Notes: generated by a model from the letters alone, not told the origin. A stretch of 64,000 bases of DNA from Lingula anatina (GCA_051362555.1 CM120647.1:3906001-3970000), one strand, 5' to 3'; positions 38,029 through 51,440 are shown, counted from the stretch's first letter. Program-made: numbers and translations.

Positions 38029-40148
38029 AAAAGTAATAAGTGTTCTGGATGCATGGAAATCTGAATTTGAAAAAACTTTTTAATAACCAAAACCATGCAC
38101 CTTTTCCTAGTTATTTTAATAAACAAATTTTATAGGAAAAAGAGCACTATATGCAAGACCCCTTGTATGACGTAAAGACCTCTCTGAATAAAAATATAAC
38201 TTTAGAAGATGTTAGAATGGTAATTAATAAAAAATAAGAAAACAACAGGGATTGACAATATACCAAATGAAATTCTTAAATATGAACCAGTAATGAGAGT
38301 GTTTGTAGAACTCTTCAATGTATGTTTTGATACTAGTTTTATTCCTTCCTTATGGAAAAAGGAAATTATCTCATCAGTTCCAAAAGATAAAAATCTTGAT
38401 TCTAGAAACCCACAAAACTACAGGGGAATTAGCCTTCTTAGTACCATTTCAAAAGTATTTACACCAATTCTTAACAAAAGAATCCTATCATATTTAGAGG
38501 ATAGCAATAGATGAACAAAATGGGTTTAGACCAAAAAGATCATGCCTAGAATACATTCCAGCCTAACAAGTATAACCAGAAATAGCAAAAATAAAGGGCT
38601 TGAAACATATTGTTACTATATAGACCTACAAAAAAGCTTTTGATTATATTAACAGAGTTTTACTCATGTATAAATTAGTTAAGGCACACATTGATGGAAA
38701 ATGTATCATGTCATTAGTAGCTTATATGGTAACAGAATCATGTATAAGATTAAATTCGAAGGTGTCACCATGGTTCACCACCACCAGTGGAGTTAGACAA
38801 GGGGGTAGTTTGTCACCTACACTTTTTGCAATCTATGTAAATGATCTGATCTCTGAGCTAAATAAGTATAAAGGAGGGATCAATATATATGAGAGTTTGA
38901 ATTTAACAGGTCTTCTTTATGCTGATGTCCTGGTAATACTATCTGAGAGCACAGATAAATCGAACAGCAGCCTGGAGGTGGTGGACCAATGGTGTAGCAA
39001 ATGGAGAATGTTGATTAACTACAAGAAGACAAAGTGTATACATTATGGGCCCAGATATAAAGAATGTGCTGCAGGTCTTGTATATGGAGGTCACCATATA
39101 GAATGGGTTGATAAGTATAAATATTTGGGGTTTGTGTCGAAGAATTTTTAGATTTCTAATATAATACTAAAATTCTGTCTGAATCAGCAACTAGAGCACT
39201 GGGTTAAATTATAGCAAAATTAAAAAAAGGTTGGTCAAATGGGACTCTCCACATACCAAAAATTGTTTAACAGTTGTGTGACTCCAATTTTAAAATATGG
39301 GTCGGGGTCTGTGGATTTTCAGAAAGTGAAACCTGTGAAAAAGTTATGTTCAGTGCTTTAAGATACTATTTAGGAGTACAACGATTAACACCAAAACATA
39401 GTCTGTATGGTGACTCAGGTTGGATGCCACTAACATTTAATAGGGGGTTGAACATACTTGGACTTTGGAACAATTAAATACTCGCCCTAAATGAAAGACT
39501 TCTCAAACAGATTTTTTTGAAGATTACAAATTGGGGAAAAAATTGGTGCTCTGAGGTAAGAGAGATATTCAAATTCTGTTATATGGAAAGCCTTTTTTTG
39601 AACAAACAAATTGTGGATATACATAGAATACATTAAATGACTCTTATGAAAAATTCCAAATTAAATGGAAAAAAAGACATTTTGAAATTTCCTAAACTTC
39701 GAACACATATGACATTTAAAATTGAATTGAAAACTAAAAAATATTTACACATAGATTTAAAAAGAAAAGAAAAAATAATTTTTTACTCAATTTCGAATGG
39801 GCATTTTGCCTTTTCAGGTAGAAACTGGACGCTATACAAATACACCCTTAAATGAAAGAATATGCCAAGTATATGCAAAAAAGAACAAGATGAGAGCCGT
39901 TTCTTACTTCGGTGCACTGCTTACACAGAGGAAAGATATAAATTTTATAAAAAGCTGGAGATTAAAAAAATTGATACAAATGGCATTTCTATAGAAGACT
40001 TAATGGAAAAAAATTGAGGCAATTAGCAAAATTTTTTGTTAAGATTTTTGATTTAAGAGAGGAAAAATTGTATACAACATGTGTCTTATAAGCCCGAAGG
40101 GCTGGCTGTTCTATACACATGACACGTTAATAAATGATGATGATGATG
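37250..40148 (+). mobile_element. Degenerate RTE-X-like LINE with (TGA)n tail
   Basis: GKSVVDY (endonuclease end), YRGISLLSTISKVF, EQNGFR, GVRQGGSLSPTLF, LLYAD, YKYLG and MGILPFQVETGRY..ERIC; many frameshifts; tail at 40134-40148. Confidence 0.9.
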
Positions 40149-41648
40149 AAGTAATAGCCGGCTCATTTAAGTATTTAGACACCTTTCAAAATGGTGCTAC
40201 AGTATCATACCCCGCAACAGATTTTGAGGGGAGATGCACTACCTTCCAACCTCGCTGAAAATCATCACCATCACATCGCGCACTAGGCAAGAGTAGTGTC
40301 ACGTATGATACTTCACAACGCGTACTGATACACACTTTGAAAACGGGTACTGTGGTCCGATCTACCGGCGAATTCAGGATCATTCGGTGCCAAGTCTGGC
40401 AGTTGGATAGGCCTGCGTGTTGTAGGGGCTGTAACAAGTGGTTGAATGGGTAAGAGGAGTAGAAACGGTGTGTATGCGTACGGTGAGGCCCACAACCAGC
40501 CTACCATTGTAAAAACTGACTAAAGACAAATACGAAGAGTTGACTGTGATTACGTTTAAATAGTTTTCAAACAAAAATAATTACCTTTATCAGGATTTAG
40601 ACTGTCTGCATTTCCATCCGTGTTGAGTATTCTTCAGTTCTTGTAGTACACCTGAAATCATCAAAGCTATATATATATGGCATTTAAAGTCAAAGTTATT
40701 TTTGGGTCTATGCTTGTAATTGTAAAGATGGGATGATATAAGACGTATGTATATATCGCGTATGCATATGTATATGTGCGAATAATATACGCACGTGTGC
40801 CAGAGCGAACATTTGAAAATGCAATATCGATAAATAATTGTTACATGAAATGGTAATAAAATATTTATAACCATATTTAAATGAAAATTGAGAAGATGTG
40901 TCTATAAAATAAACTAAAATAGAATAATTAAAATCCATTTTGCTCATTAAAAATTCGTACTGTTGATGGGTAAAAGCTTTAGAGTGGGACATTTAAATTA
41001 CAAGAAGCTCTTCTTATCCTATTATGAATTTGTTTTATTTATTTACTTATTTAATCTAATTTTGTGGAGAGCATATAATGTTTCCAGCGCCTTGCCTCCA
41101 CTTCATTCTTTTGAATAAACGTTGTTTAAAAAATCCTATTATGAATACAGAGGAATGGAGGGGTAGGCTATGCACTAATTAGTGGAAACTGGGCCTTACA
41201 TTTCAACACATTCTGCGCCGACCAGAAATTTTTGCATAAAGCTCCTATGCTGGCTCTCTCTCGACAGAAACTCACCTGTAAAAATATTTTTCCTCAAGGA
41301 CAAGAACGTCAACATCAGTTCACAAATGTGAAGCTATTTAGATTGCGCAACCAAGCAAACAAAAACCATCAAAAGGCTTTATCATATATCGAAACGAATA
41401 GACGTGAGCAACAATGCTTTTAAGAATGAAGAACTTGCACCAGGTCATGTAACAACGACAATTAAGACCTGGGAAAGAGTCTTTGTCAAGATTTGATCGT
41501 AACTCTATCAGCTCACGTGGAAAAGAAAATGTTTACAACCCAAACTTTAAAAGTTCAGAAAGGCCGTTAGGGTATATATACCTACTGCTATATCATAGCC
41601 CTAAAACTTCACAGACAAATTTAAAACTATCATAAAAGTGCTTAGTAT

Positions 41649-41680
<32 letters not shown>

Positions 41681-44427
41681 CATTTTAACCAACGTTTTCT
41701 TTAGATAAAAAAGTAAATTTTTTTATAACAGTGATAAGAGTCGTGGACCATAAAAATGGTGCAGCAGTCACAGAACTCCTGTGACTATATTTTAATGCGA
41801 TTCTGGGGAGTCGGCTTCATTCTAATTTTTCTAAATAATTTTTGTGTCTTTCATGTTTTATATTTACTTCACTTTGTTTATAACATCCGCCAGGGAGATT
41901 ATGTTTCACCTCTGTTTGTTTGCTTGTTGGTTTGCTCGGGACAAGCCTAAATCAAAAATATATATTTTTCAGGATATCTCGGAACTGTCCTAATTTAAAA
42001 TAATTAGAATTTGTTGATGATCCATAAATTAATTAATTAAGTAATAAGTGCTTTAATTATTCGTTTTATTTGATTTTCTTATTTCTTATTGCTAATTCAG
42101 TGAAAAGTGTTGTAGTAAACAGAAAGGAAATCAGGTACACAACATTTTTAACAAAAGGTTACTGCTGGTTGAAACCCATATGAGCGATTTAACCGGGAGA
42201 GAAACTAAGCAATTAAGGGTTATATCCCCATGGGTTGTACGGTACCGCGGGTATGCCAGAAATAAGACACTGACATCTCAAGCGGAGAAGGCCACAAAGT
42301 TACGCGTAGTTTAGAATCCATGTGTGCGTGTTTTCCTTCTTGCTACCGTATGCTGTGGATCGACCTTTGAGAGCCGTGCCTTTTGGGATTCTTCTTTAAT
42401 GATCAAAATTCATGAATTTTATACATAGCATTTTTGCACAGAGGCAGCCTAGTTTTCACTCAAATAACTCAGTGAGTAAGTAAAAGCGATATAATGATAA
42501 TAGATATTCTTTACGCTTTTAAAAATCCCCCAAGTCCCATTTTCTATGTCCACATATTCTGCAAGGCCACTCCCCCCCCCAATTCGCACCTTTAAAACTA
42601 TACAACTCCTCGTATAAAAACAGGGGCAGATCCAGAAATATTTATCTTTGTTGATCCATCCTCCACTTTTGACCGTCTTCCGACAGAAAAAAAATTGCTG
42701 CCCGTCACTGAAAACATTTAAAAAAAAGAATAAAAAATAAAAATTGACTGTCTTCCGGAAGATACATCAGTGGTGCATTCCGATCAGGAATTAAAACATG
42801 ACTTCCTAAATGACTGACCGGTTATACAGAATTAAGTCATTTAATTAAAAATAAAATAAAACATTGAAATCAAGTGCAGAGATGGCTCCAGAAATGATGA
42901 GTGAGTAAGAGAAGATTGCTTTTTAGGAAACTTCATTTTGGCTGGAGAATCCCGTAAAGAGTACATTTAATTAAAATGACAATGTCGAGCACCAAGTCCT
43001 TTGAATGAACATTGTGCGTCATGTTCATGATAATTTGTTAGATTTATAGTCAGAAAATGTATTTCGATAAAAAAATGAGAATAATACAAGGAGCAATAAA
43101 TAAACAAATAAATAAATAAATGAATAAATAAATAAGTAAGTAAACAATGTCACTCACCTTTTTCAACAAGCGTCAACAGTTTACATCTTAAATTTGCGTT
43201 CTTTTCTGAGCGCAAGCTTCTGCAGCTAAGCAGGCACAGCGTGAGTTACTCTAGCTCTTAAATACCTGTAGCAATACCTGAGGTAAACATCTCATGTTTT
43301 CTTCCAGGTTGGATATTGAAAAAGAAAATGGGACCGTCGCCAAACCCAAGGACATGGAAATGCCTATAGTCACCTTTGCGACAAATACCTGCATAATTAA
43401 GCTAAAAGTGGATCGATAGAATGAGATCAATCGACTAAACACACTCTATGGATGACATACTAATGGTGGCGTTATTTATCTCACGACATCTAGCCCGACA
43501 AAAATAGATTCTCTGGTGATTTACATGTAATTTACTAAACATACCCCAACTAAAAATAATGGAAACAACCCACCAAACGGGGAGGAGACAAATCAAATAT
43601 TCGTGTTGCACAAAATAATCATTAAATTGATAATAATATCAAGAGGCGGGTACGAGTGTGGCGATGCTTTTCTTTTTTCACGTGTACCCATAAAACAGTT
43701 TGTGGTTGATTAAAAGCATAGGTTATTCCGCTTTGAATGAATTTCTAAAGACAAAAGAAAAAAACATTGTTTTAGATGTATGTTTTTTAACAGACTTAAT
43801 TCCTATTTATACTACCGGTAGGTCACGTTGCAGTTACACGTGTGCTTTTATATGTCATACGCATAAGATGTTTGTTTAAGACCCAGCTGGATGTTATTTA
43901 GCAAGAAACCCCTCGGAGGTGGGTCTATTCAGCTAAATTGTTCTAGGTATTGGAATGGGGTCTTAAACAAACATCTTAATAACCCCCTTACAGTTTGAAA
44001 TGTCTGTCACGCCAAGTAAAGCTGTAATAGGGTTATTAACTATCATTTAACCTGAATGCAGTTTAGTGGGATCCCCTTTGGAGATGGCTCGATCCTGCTA
44101 GATTGATATAGGTATGGGAATGAGGCCTTATATTTGTGTCTAAAGGTAAAGGCTATATTCAACCGTTCCGACGGCCCAATAAGTATGCACATTGTTGTCC
44201 TCGCACAAAGGGCAACTGGTTTAACCTTCCTTGTTCACAAATGGAAACAGCTCTATTCAGGTAATGTGGTGTACTCGTTCAGAAATGAAATGTATTATGT
44301 TCAATAATTCTGCAATACTACACCCATCCTATCTAAACACAAGATTTCTATGGCTTTTTACTTTGTTGCTGGTTTAAGTTTTTTTCTCGGGCTGAGGCAA
44401 GTTATTTTAACAGCCTTGATATACCTG

Positions 44428-44545
44428 GGCCCCGAGCACAAGCATCTGGATTCCTTAACTCGCCCATACTCGCCCCATACAATACATTGTAGCCTCTATG
44501 TGATATAGCTATTCGCAATACGCGATGCTTTCGAGTTTCGGGGCC
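44428..44545. mobile_element. About 118-bp MITE present in unit A and absent at the paralogous site (about 58390)
   Basis: ggccccga...aagcatc / gatgctt...tcggggcc inverted ends; unit B reads ctggccatg. Confidence 0.65.
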
Positions 44546-45622
44546 ATGGTCACATGGGATTAATCTACCAGTATTCGAGGTCCTCTTTTTTCAACGTTAA
44601 ACTGTTTCATATGTTAATAGCTTTATTTAAGGTTTTGGAGACACGGCAAGGTACTTACCTTTCTTCTAGCTAACCCAGTCACCTGACACCCTACAAACAG
44701 CAACAAACGAAGCAGTCGAATGGTCAATCAACAACAAAAGGACATTTACATTCTAAGAAAAAACAAAGAAATTGCAATTGACTTCTCAAAGTCAGAGCAT
44801 CAGCTTTCTCCAATATACATGTATATGTCGAAAAAGAATGCTTCAAAAATGTACATTAGTGACCACAAAATTCACCACCTTTTACCAACAAGAAGTGAAC
44901 AGTTTTATAAGCTATACAAAGTTCCCAGAAGTGTCTAAAATGAGAACAGTGAGAGCCTCAAGGACTTTTATTCCCTAGGCATTGTTAACTTTTCAGGAAG
45001 CTTATGATTTAACTAAATACATCCAAGGATTGGGATTCTTAATTTGTGGCTCGATTTTCGGATTTGTGCTCACAAATCTGAGGTCCAACTTCACAAACGC
45101 CTTATCCGTCTATAAGACCTATTGACGATCCAAGACAGCAACACAGACGTGAATTTACGGTCGAGGGTGACACGTTTTTAGATATTTTATCAATGCAGAA
45201 ATGACTACACAACCGGCCTATGTTTAGGGTCGATTGCGGTTAGCTTCTTAGTCGGTTTATTATATATGATATCACATATTAGAGATACAGGAGGTAAAAA
45301 TTGGCATCAATTTTTAATGATTCAATGGTGTCTATGAATGGCAGCCCACCCCAAATGATTCTCTGATACACCCAGTAGCTGCGAGTATAATAACAGCTAC
45401 TGGCTCCTTCTCCAAAATCGGAGCTAAGTGTATTGTTATAAAACAATTAAAAAGACCATTGCATGAGGTTTGACCCAAATTACCTCATAGTGTAAACAAG
45501 TCCCCTTATTTATTTGAGGTCGTTGGTGTGTCGACATTAACGGGACATTTTAAAGGCAAATTGAAAGTGCGCCGTTCATAGTCGATCTGCCAAAAAGAAG
45601 GAATAAATGCAATATATCTGCC

Positions 45623-46429
45623 ATGTATTTTGCAGATTCATGGAAGGCCATTAGTGTAGCAGAGTTTAGGGAAATTGTACAACAAGAACAAAAAATTAGA
45701 GAAAAGAGCATATTAGAGAAATACGTGGAGTTGGGATGGCAGGAGTACTGCGCTGATCTACGGGTTAGTGACGAGGACAAAAGGTACTACTATCGTCAAT
45801 TCCTCCTCGGTCGTGGGGAACTTTGCACTAACGCAACACCATCTCCAGAAACGCCATCTGAAGACGCCAGACAGGCATACAATGCAGATATTGAAGAAGC
45901 TAGACAAGTGGCATTTCTTTTCCTGGCAGCGCCACTCGACGGAGATGATATAGTGAAAAGGAAATGCGAAATCCGAAATTTTCGGGAGTTGTACCCCGGG
46001 GCTTCCCAGTGCAGTGGAAACGTGGGCCAGGTAGTAATGGTGTACAACAAAAACGAACTCTTTAACAAAGTCACCACGTACATTGAAGAACACCGTAAAA
46101 AAGGACGTATTGTCATCTTGTTTGTAGGTCATGGGGGACCAGACGGGCAAATCACTCTGGCGGTAGAAAAATGTCCCCTGAAGGAGTACATTGACTGTGT
46201 TGACGAGGTGGCCAACAACCTTTACCCGCCTGTGCCTATCGATCTGATCAACGCCCAATGTTACGCCCATTTGGTGACCAAGTCTAGATGCCCGTCTACT
46301 AAAATAATACATCTGAGTAACGAGGATAGTCCCCAGACGAATTCTCGGTCATATAAGCTAGATGACCAAACTCTTAGTTGGCTAATAGTAGAACTACAAG
46401 ACTACGCACGGACTGTAAGAGACAAACAA
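45623..46429 (+). CDS. Caspase-like (clan CD) protease exon, intact copy 4; predicted exon 1 of a protease-TRAF fusion (unspliced ORF runs to 46480)
   Basis: GCCATG start; RIVILFVGHGG and IDLINAQCY; CAA|GTAAGT donor at 46430 after 269 codons (phase 0). Confidence 0.8.
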
Positions 46430-46869
46430 GTAAGTCTGAGAACACGTTATGTAGTACAATATTTAAGTATTTCAATGTAACGAGGTCATGCAACTTGCAG
46501 AACACATTAATATGCATTAAGTTCGAAAATCGGCATGATCCATTCATTTTTTCTAAAGTTATGCTTTTTTAACATTTTCAGCATATATGCGATACAGACA
46601 ACATATTTCAAGGAAAACTGGGAGGCCTATTATCTTTAAACTTACAGGAGTAATCAATGATATAGGTCAAGTTGGAATTTATGGCGTTTTTGTTTATTTT
46701 GCTATAAATAGCCTGCTGTATGCAACACAGGCAACGCATTTCAAGTCAAACTGATAGGTCTATTTACTTCAAACTTACAGTGATCAACGTTACTAAAATA
46801 CAGGTCGAGTTTGAGTGTCAACTTGATCTGACTATTTTTCTAGAGTTATGCTGTTTTTTCAGCATATAC

Positions 46870-48000
46870 ACTCTTGCCCAAAATGGTTGGTACACGGAAA
46901 TTTTGGGAGGCATATTGCCCTGTTTCTTTCATTATTATTGTTATAATCAAATTAATACTGTTTATATTGTTAAATATGTGAAGCTGGAGGATTGGTAAAG
47001 TCAAGGAGAAACAAACAATGCAAATGTGAAAAAAGCGTAAATTTATTTAGGGTATTTTTTCTCATGCCCCCAAAAAGAGTACTTTTTTTGCATAACAGTA
47101 CCAAGTGAAAAATTCAACATAAATGTATACTGTGATTGACAATTAATATGAAATTAGGGGAAATTGTCTAGAAACATCTTCAGAGTTCATTATTAATCAA
47201 AATAGCGGGCATGCCCACCCCGAGCTTGGATTATGGCCGCCAGACGGCGTGGCATACTGTGAACTAGAGTTACAGCTCTTTGAAGAGGAATTCTGGTCCA
47301 TTCATCTTGCAGGGCATCTCGCAGTTCATCTAGATTTCCAGGGGGCACGTTTCTCCTCTGAATGGCACGACCAAGTTCGTCCCACATGTGCTCAATTGGG
47401 TTTGCACCTGGGCTTCTTGCTGGCTGTGGCATCGGCTGAATGTTGTTTTTTCGAATATAGTCAGAAATTGAGCGGTCTGTTTGGGGAGTTGGATTGTCAT
47501 GTTGCAATCTAAACTTGTCTCTGTATATTCCTCTTGCGAACGGCTCCAGGTACTGCTGGAGAATGTCTCTGTATCTGGCAGCGTTAAGGTTTTCATCCAG
47601 AGGAAGCAATGGGCAAATACCGTTGCTGCAAATGGCACCCCAAACATATACAGAACCACCTCCTCCAGCTATGAGAGTACGTAGGCTCCCTGGGGAGAGG
47701 CTGTTAAATGAAAATATCCAGGAAACAATAGCTGGAGGAGGTGGTTCTGTACATGTAGGGGGTGCACCTCAGACTGTCCAGATTTGGCCTTAAGTCTTTC
47801 AGACAAACCTCTCACGTAAGGCACCTCAATGTTAACCCTCTTTTCCTCTGCTGTGGTGTGTGACTTTCTTATTTGCGGGTGAAATTCTGGCTCTTATGAA
47901 AGACCAATCAGAATATCCGCTATCTGCTAATGCAACCGCCACATAATCTATTTCCTTTTTCATAACCTCAGCCTGGCCTACGACGGTGATGGATCTGTAC
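46870..48000 (-). mobile_element. Tc1 transposase relic in intron 1, with a local inversion
   Basis: ORF 47193..47609: LQHDN, PARSPGANPIEHMWDELGR, SMPRRLAAIIQARGGHARY; outer limits approximate. Confidence 0.88.
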
Positions 48001-48480
48001 ACCTGGGCGTTTGATCAAGTGTCTGTTTTACACAATCGTATGAATCTTATTTACTTTTTGATGCAGAATTAAGTGTAATTGTGCCAAAATTGACATAACT
48101 AAAGCACAATAAAAGGAAGACACTTTTACTTATTATTCTCTAACTTGTTATTTTTAGTTACACAAGCACATTTTGGGAAATATACATTTTCACACCACTT
48201 TTTTTTAAGCTGCGACTTTGAACTTCCATGGTTGGCCACAATTTTTGAATACTGATATCATATTATTAAGATTGGTGGTGATTGTGCTGTAAAGCATCAT
48301 GTAATATATTGCAGCAAAATTGAATAATTCTGGTTATGTTACTTCTGATTCTCATACTTACTGAAAAAATTCATAGGCAAAGGTCGAGGTCGAAAACCGA
48401 CCTGATTGTTTTCCTGGAAGATGTCATTTTTGTGAAATGTTTATTGTTTACATCATGGCATTTTCTTAATTTTTTTCAAG

Positions 48481-48686
48481 GACGCAGATGCCGGTAAACA
48501 GTCTATACCTCAAACACCGACCGAGGAGACGACACAGCCGGCGAAAGGAGGCTTTGATCTTGCACTGTTTCCAGATACAGTTCACGAACGCTTCAAGTGT
48601 AAAACCTGCAAGTTGGTGCTGCGAGATGCGATGCAAGCTCCTTGTGGACACAGGCACTGTACGACGTGTCTAGATGACTTCATTAG
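48481..48686 (+). CDS. TRAF: TRAF exon: RING finger, first part
   Basis: ttttttcaag|DADAGKQSIPQTPTEETTQPAKGGFDLALFPDTVHERFKCKTCKLVLRDAMQAPCGHRHCTTCLDDFI|gtaac; this frame is not in the ORF track. Confidence 0.9.
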
Positions 48687-48950
48687 GTAACAAGAAGTAT
48701 TTATTTTTTCTGTCTGTCTATCAATCACTGTGTTCATATACACGTACATGGCCTACCTGTATGTCTTAATGTTTATGTATCCATCTAACTTTCCTTTTCT
48801 GTCACTACATCGGTCTGTGTGTCACTGCAGTGTCAGTCACTTTGTCTGTTGTATGTTAAAGGGGGTCTTTGTGAGTAAGCATGTCAAACTTCCCCCTCAC
48901 TCTAATTAGTATTGTCTCCCCGCTGTCTGATAACATGTACATTGTTGCAG

Positions 48951-49011
48951 ATCCAGTGGTGCTCAGCGATGCTCGGCCTGTCCAAAAGGCGCAGAAGGCG
49001 GTGAAAGTCAG
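48951..49011 (+). CDS. TRAF: TRAF exon: end of RING (CSAC)
   Basis: ttgcag|(R)SSGAQRCSACPKGAEGGESQ|gtttgt; phase 2 to 0; conserved in unit B. Confidence 0.88.
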
Positions 49012-49467
49012 GTTTGTTCCGTTGTTACTGAACGCTTTAATTATTACAAAAGTGGAATTTTATGTCGGGTAGTGAACGGTTAGCGACGAATATTGTAATT
49101 TTTGTTATAGAGGCATTAAAAGTGGCCTGATAAATACTAGCATTTTTTAAAATTAGTGTAAAATTAGTGACCGCCGGTCAATTTCAATTTATACGCACGT
49201 TTCAATTTATATGGTAACTCAGGTTTATTCATTTGCGTAAAAAAGAGCATGAAATTAAGTTAGGTTACTGATAATGTACATCACGCGTGTGTTGATATTG
49301 AAGAAGTGTGAAGAATGCCAAAATGCGATAACAGGTACAAAATTGTACAACGTTTGGTCAACGTTTTACTTTGATGCTTGCACATTACTGGGATAAAACA
49401 GTTAGTCGGATATGACGTTTTTCAGCAAGAAGTTAAATTTCATTACGTCATGGTTGCTTATGCAATA

Positions 49468-51140
49468 CAGCATTGGTCAAAAAGGTTGTCCCACCCCCTG
49501 TTTCATGTGCTTTTATTTATAGATGATCACATCACAGGAGTTAATTGCTATGAATGATGATTTTCATTCCAGATACCATAACAAACATAATGAGTGGTAG
49601 AGAAAATACTAACTAGCGGTGAAGATATCAATATTTAATACCATTTATTTACATTTATTACATGTACCCCCTCAAATCCGATGTTCCACTGTCGTTTCCA
49701 CAGAGGTAAAGAAACGCCCATTAAATTAAAAAAGACAACACCAAACATCACCAAATTTACACATATGTAGCATTAGCATGTGATCGTTAAAGGTCACGCG
49801 TCTGTTAGCGTGTGTGTTTACCTCGTACTGCAATTACCACCTGTAGACGGCGCCGCTGCCTTCAACAAGGGAAACAATTCTGTTTTGTGGGATCTTGTCC
49901 CATGTTTCCATAAAAGGTTGGCGGAATTGGTTCGGAATATTTGGAGTTTGGTTCTCCTCTGGATTGCACGCTTCAATTCATGCCACGAGTGCTCATCTCA
50001 GAGGTTTTAACAGGACTCGAAGATGGTTTCTCCGCCTCAGAATATTGGGTTTCTCCAACAAATCACTCACCAGACGAAAACTGTGGGCAATTTTGCTGTC
50101 ATGATGAAGCCTGGATCACCCCTGAAGTTCCCCTCTTGCAGATGGAATCAGGTATCAGTTGCGAATGTTAGGCTCAGTGACACCAGAACTACTAGAACTT
50201 GGTCAACCTTCACTAGGAACAAGCTGATTTTTACTGAGGAATCAAGGTATTTCTTGTATGCCTTCGATGGTCAAATTAGGACGCGTAGACATGTAGCAGA
50301 ATGCCTTTTGGAAGGTGTGTGCAGGATAATATCATTTGGGGTGTCATGTCAGTCCACGTTTGTGGAGCATCCCAAGCTCATTGTTTTTAGTAAATTGTTC
50401 TGCCCGGAAAAGAACGTTATTGGGGCAATTCACTGAAACATTCTTAACAAATATCTCACTCCATTTGCAAGAGGTGATTTCAGGGATACTGCTGGCGCCA
50501 TCGTGAAACTGTACTTGCACACAATTCTCGTCTGCTGAGTGATTGAGTGTTGCAGAAACCCAATGTTCAGAGGATGGAGCAACCATCTTTGAGCCTTGAT
50601 ATTAACCATGCCAAGCATCTGCGGCATGAATTAAAGTGGACAATGCAAAGGAGAACCAAGCTTCTAATGATCTGGACCAACTCTTCCAAGCCCTTTGGGA
50701 AGAATGCAACAATATTCCACAAAACATAATTGTTATCCTTGTTGAAGGCAGGCCGCGCCGTCTACAGGATATAATTACAGTACGCGGTAGACACACGCTA
50801 TAATAGACTCGTGACCTTTAACAAGCACACCCTAATGCTAAATGTGTGCAAGTTTGGTGACATTTAGTGGTGTCTTTTGTAATAAAATGGACATTTCTTT
50901 ACCTCTGTGGAAAGCACAGTCAAACGTCAGATTTGAGGGGGTACATGTTATAAATGTGAATAAATGGTATTTAATATTGATATTCACCGCAAGTTTGTAT
51001 TTCCTGTTCCACTAATCATGTTAGTTATGGTATCTGGAATGAAAATCACTATTTATAACAATTTCCACCTGTGATGTGATCAATGATAAATGAAAAAACA
51101 CGTGATACTGGAAGTGGGACACCATTTTTGACCAATATTG
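49468..51140. mobile_element. Palindromic (foldback) Tc1 derivative with TA TSD, inside a TRAF intron
   Basis: TA|cagcattggtcaaaaagg ... ccatttttgaccaatattg|TA; about 700-bp inverted arms; the centre reads LIFTEESRYFLYAFDGQIRTRR. Confidence 0.88.
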
Positions 51141-51338
51141 TATGAATCTATCCCGACCGTTAGTATTATGTGTATTACATGTAAGTAAACGCGGGTAATT
51201 TCTAGAAGTGTATGTTCGTCTCTAATTGTTCATCTCATTGATTATAAGATTTGTCACATAATTGACTTAGGTTTTTCTGATGCACTTTGTGACTTCACCG
51301 TCCCTTTTAAAATTAATTTTCAATTGCACATCTTTCAG

Positions 51339-51440
51339 ATATTTCTGGATAACGCTATGAGACTTGAAGTGAATAAACTGGAGATAGTTTGTGACCAAAA
51401 TGGCTGTATATGGACTGGATGTTTGCAAGAATACCAGGAG
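51339..51440 (+). CDS. TRAF: TRAF exon: RING-adjacent helix and zinc finger 1
   Basis: tctttcag|IFLDNAMRLEVNKLEIVCDQNGCIWTGCLQEYQE|gttggt, resembling TRAF2 FPDNAARREVESL..VC...GCTWKG. Confidence 0.9.

Larger units (their letters stand above)
41560..49040 (+). repeat. Segmental duplication unit A (upstream block, protease exon, TRAF RING exons)
   Basis: Colinear with 55020-63800, except that most of intron 1 differs. Confidence 0.92.

Noticed and set aside
43328-43369. MGPSPNP.. mini-ORF resembling the MGPHPPKNP start of copy 3
   Set aside because: Only 13 codons before a stop, and the similarity is too short to distinguish from chance.
46430-46480. C-terminal tails of the 285-aa ORFs treated as true protein ends
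   Set aside because: They begin with a GTAAGT conserved in all four long copies and are poorly conserved after it, so they are more likely intron.
48488-48673. ORF-track peptide MPVNSLYLKH... (and its paralogue at 63257..63454)
   Set aside because: Wrong frame; the conserved RING is in another frame, which has no ATG before the domain.
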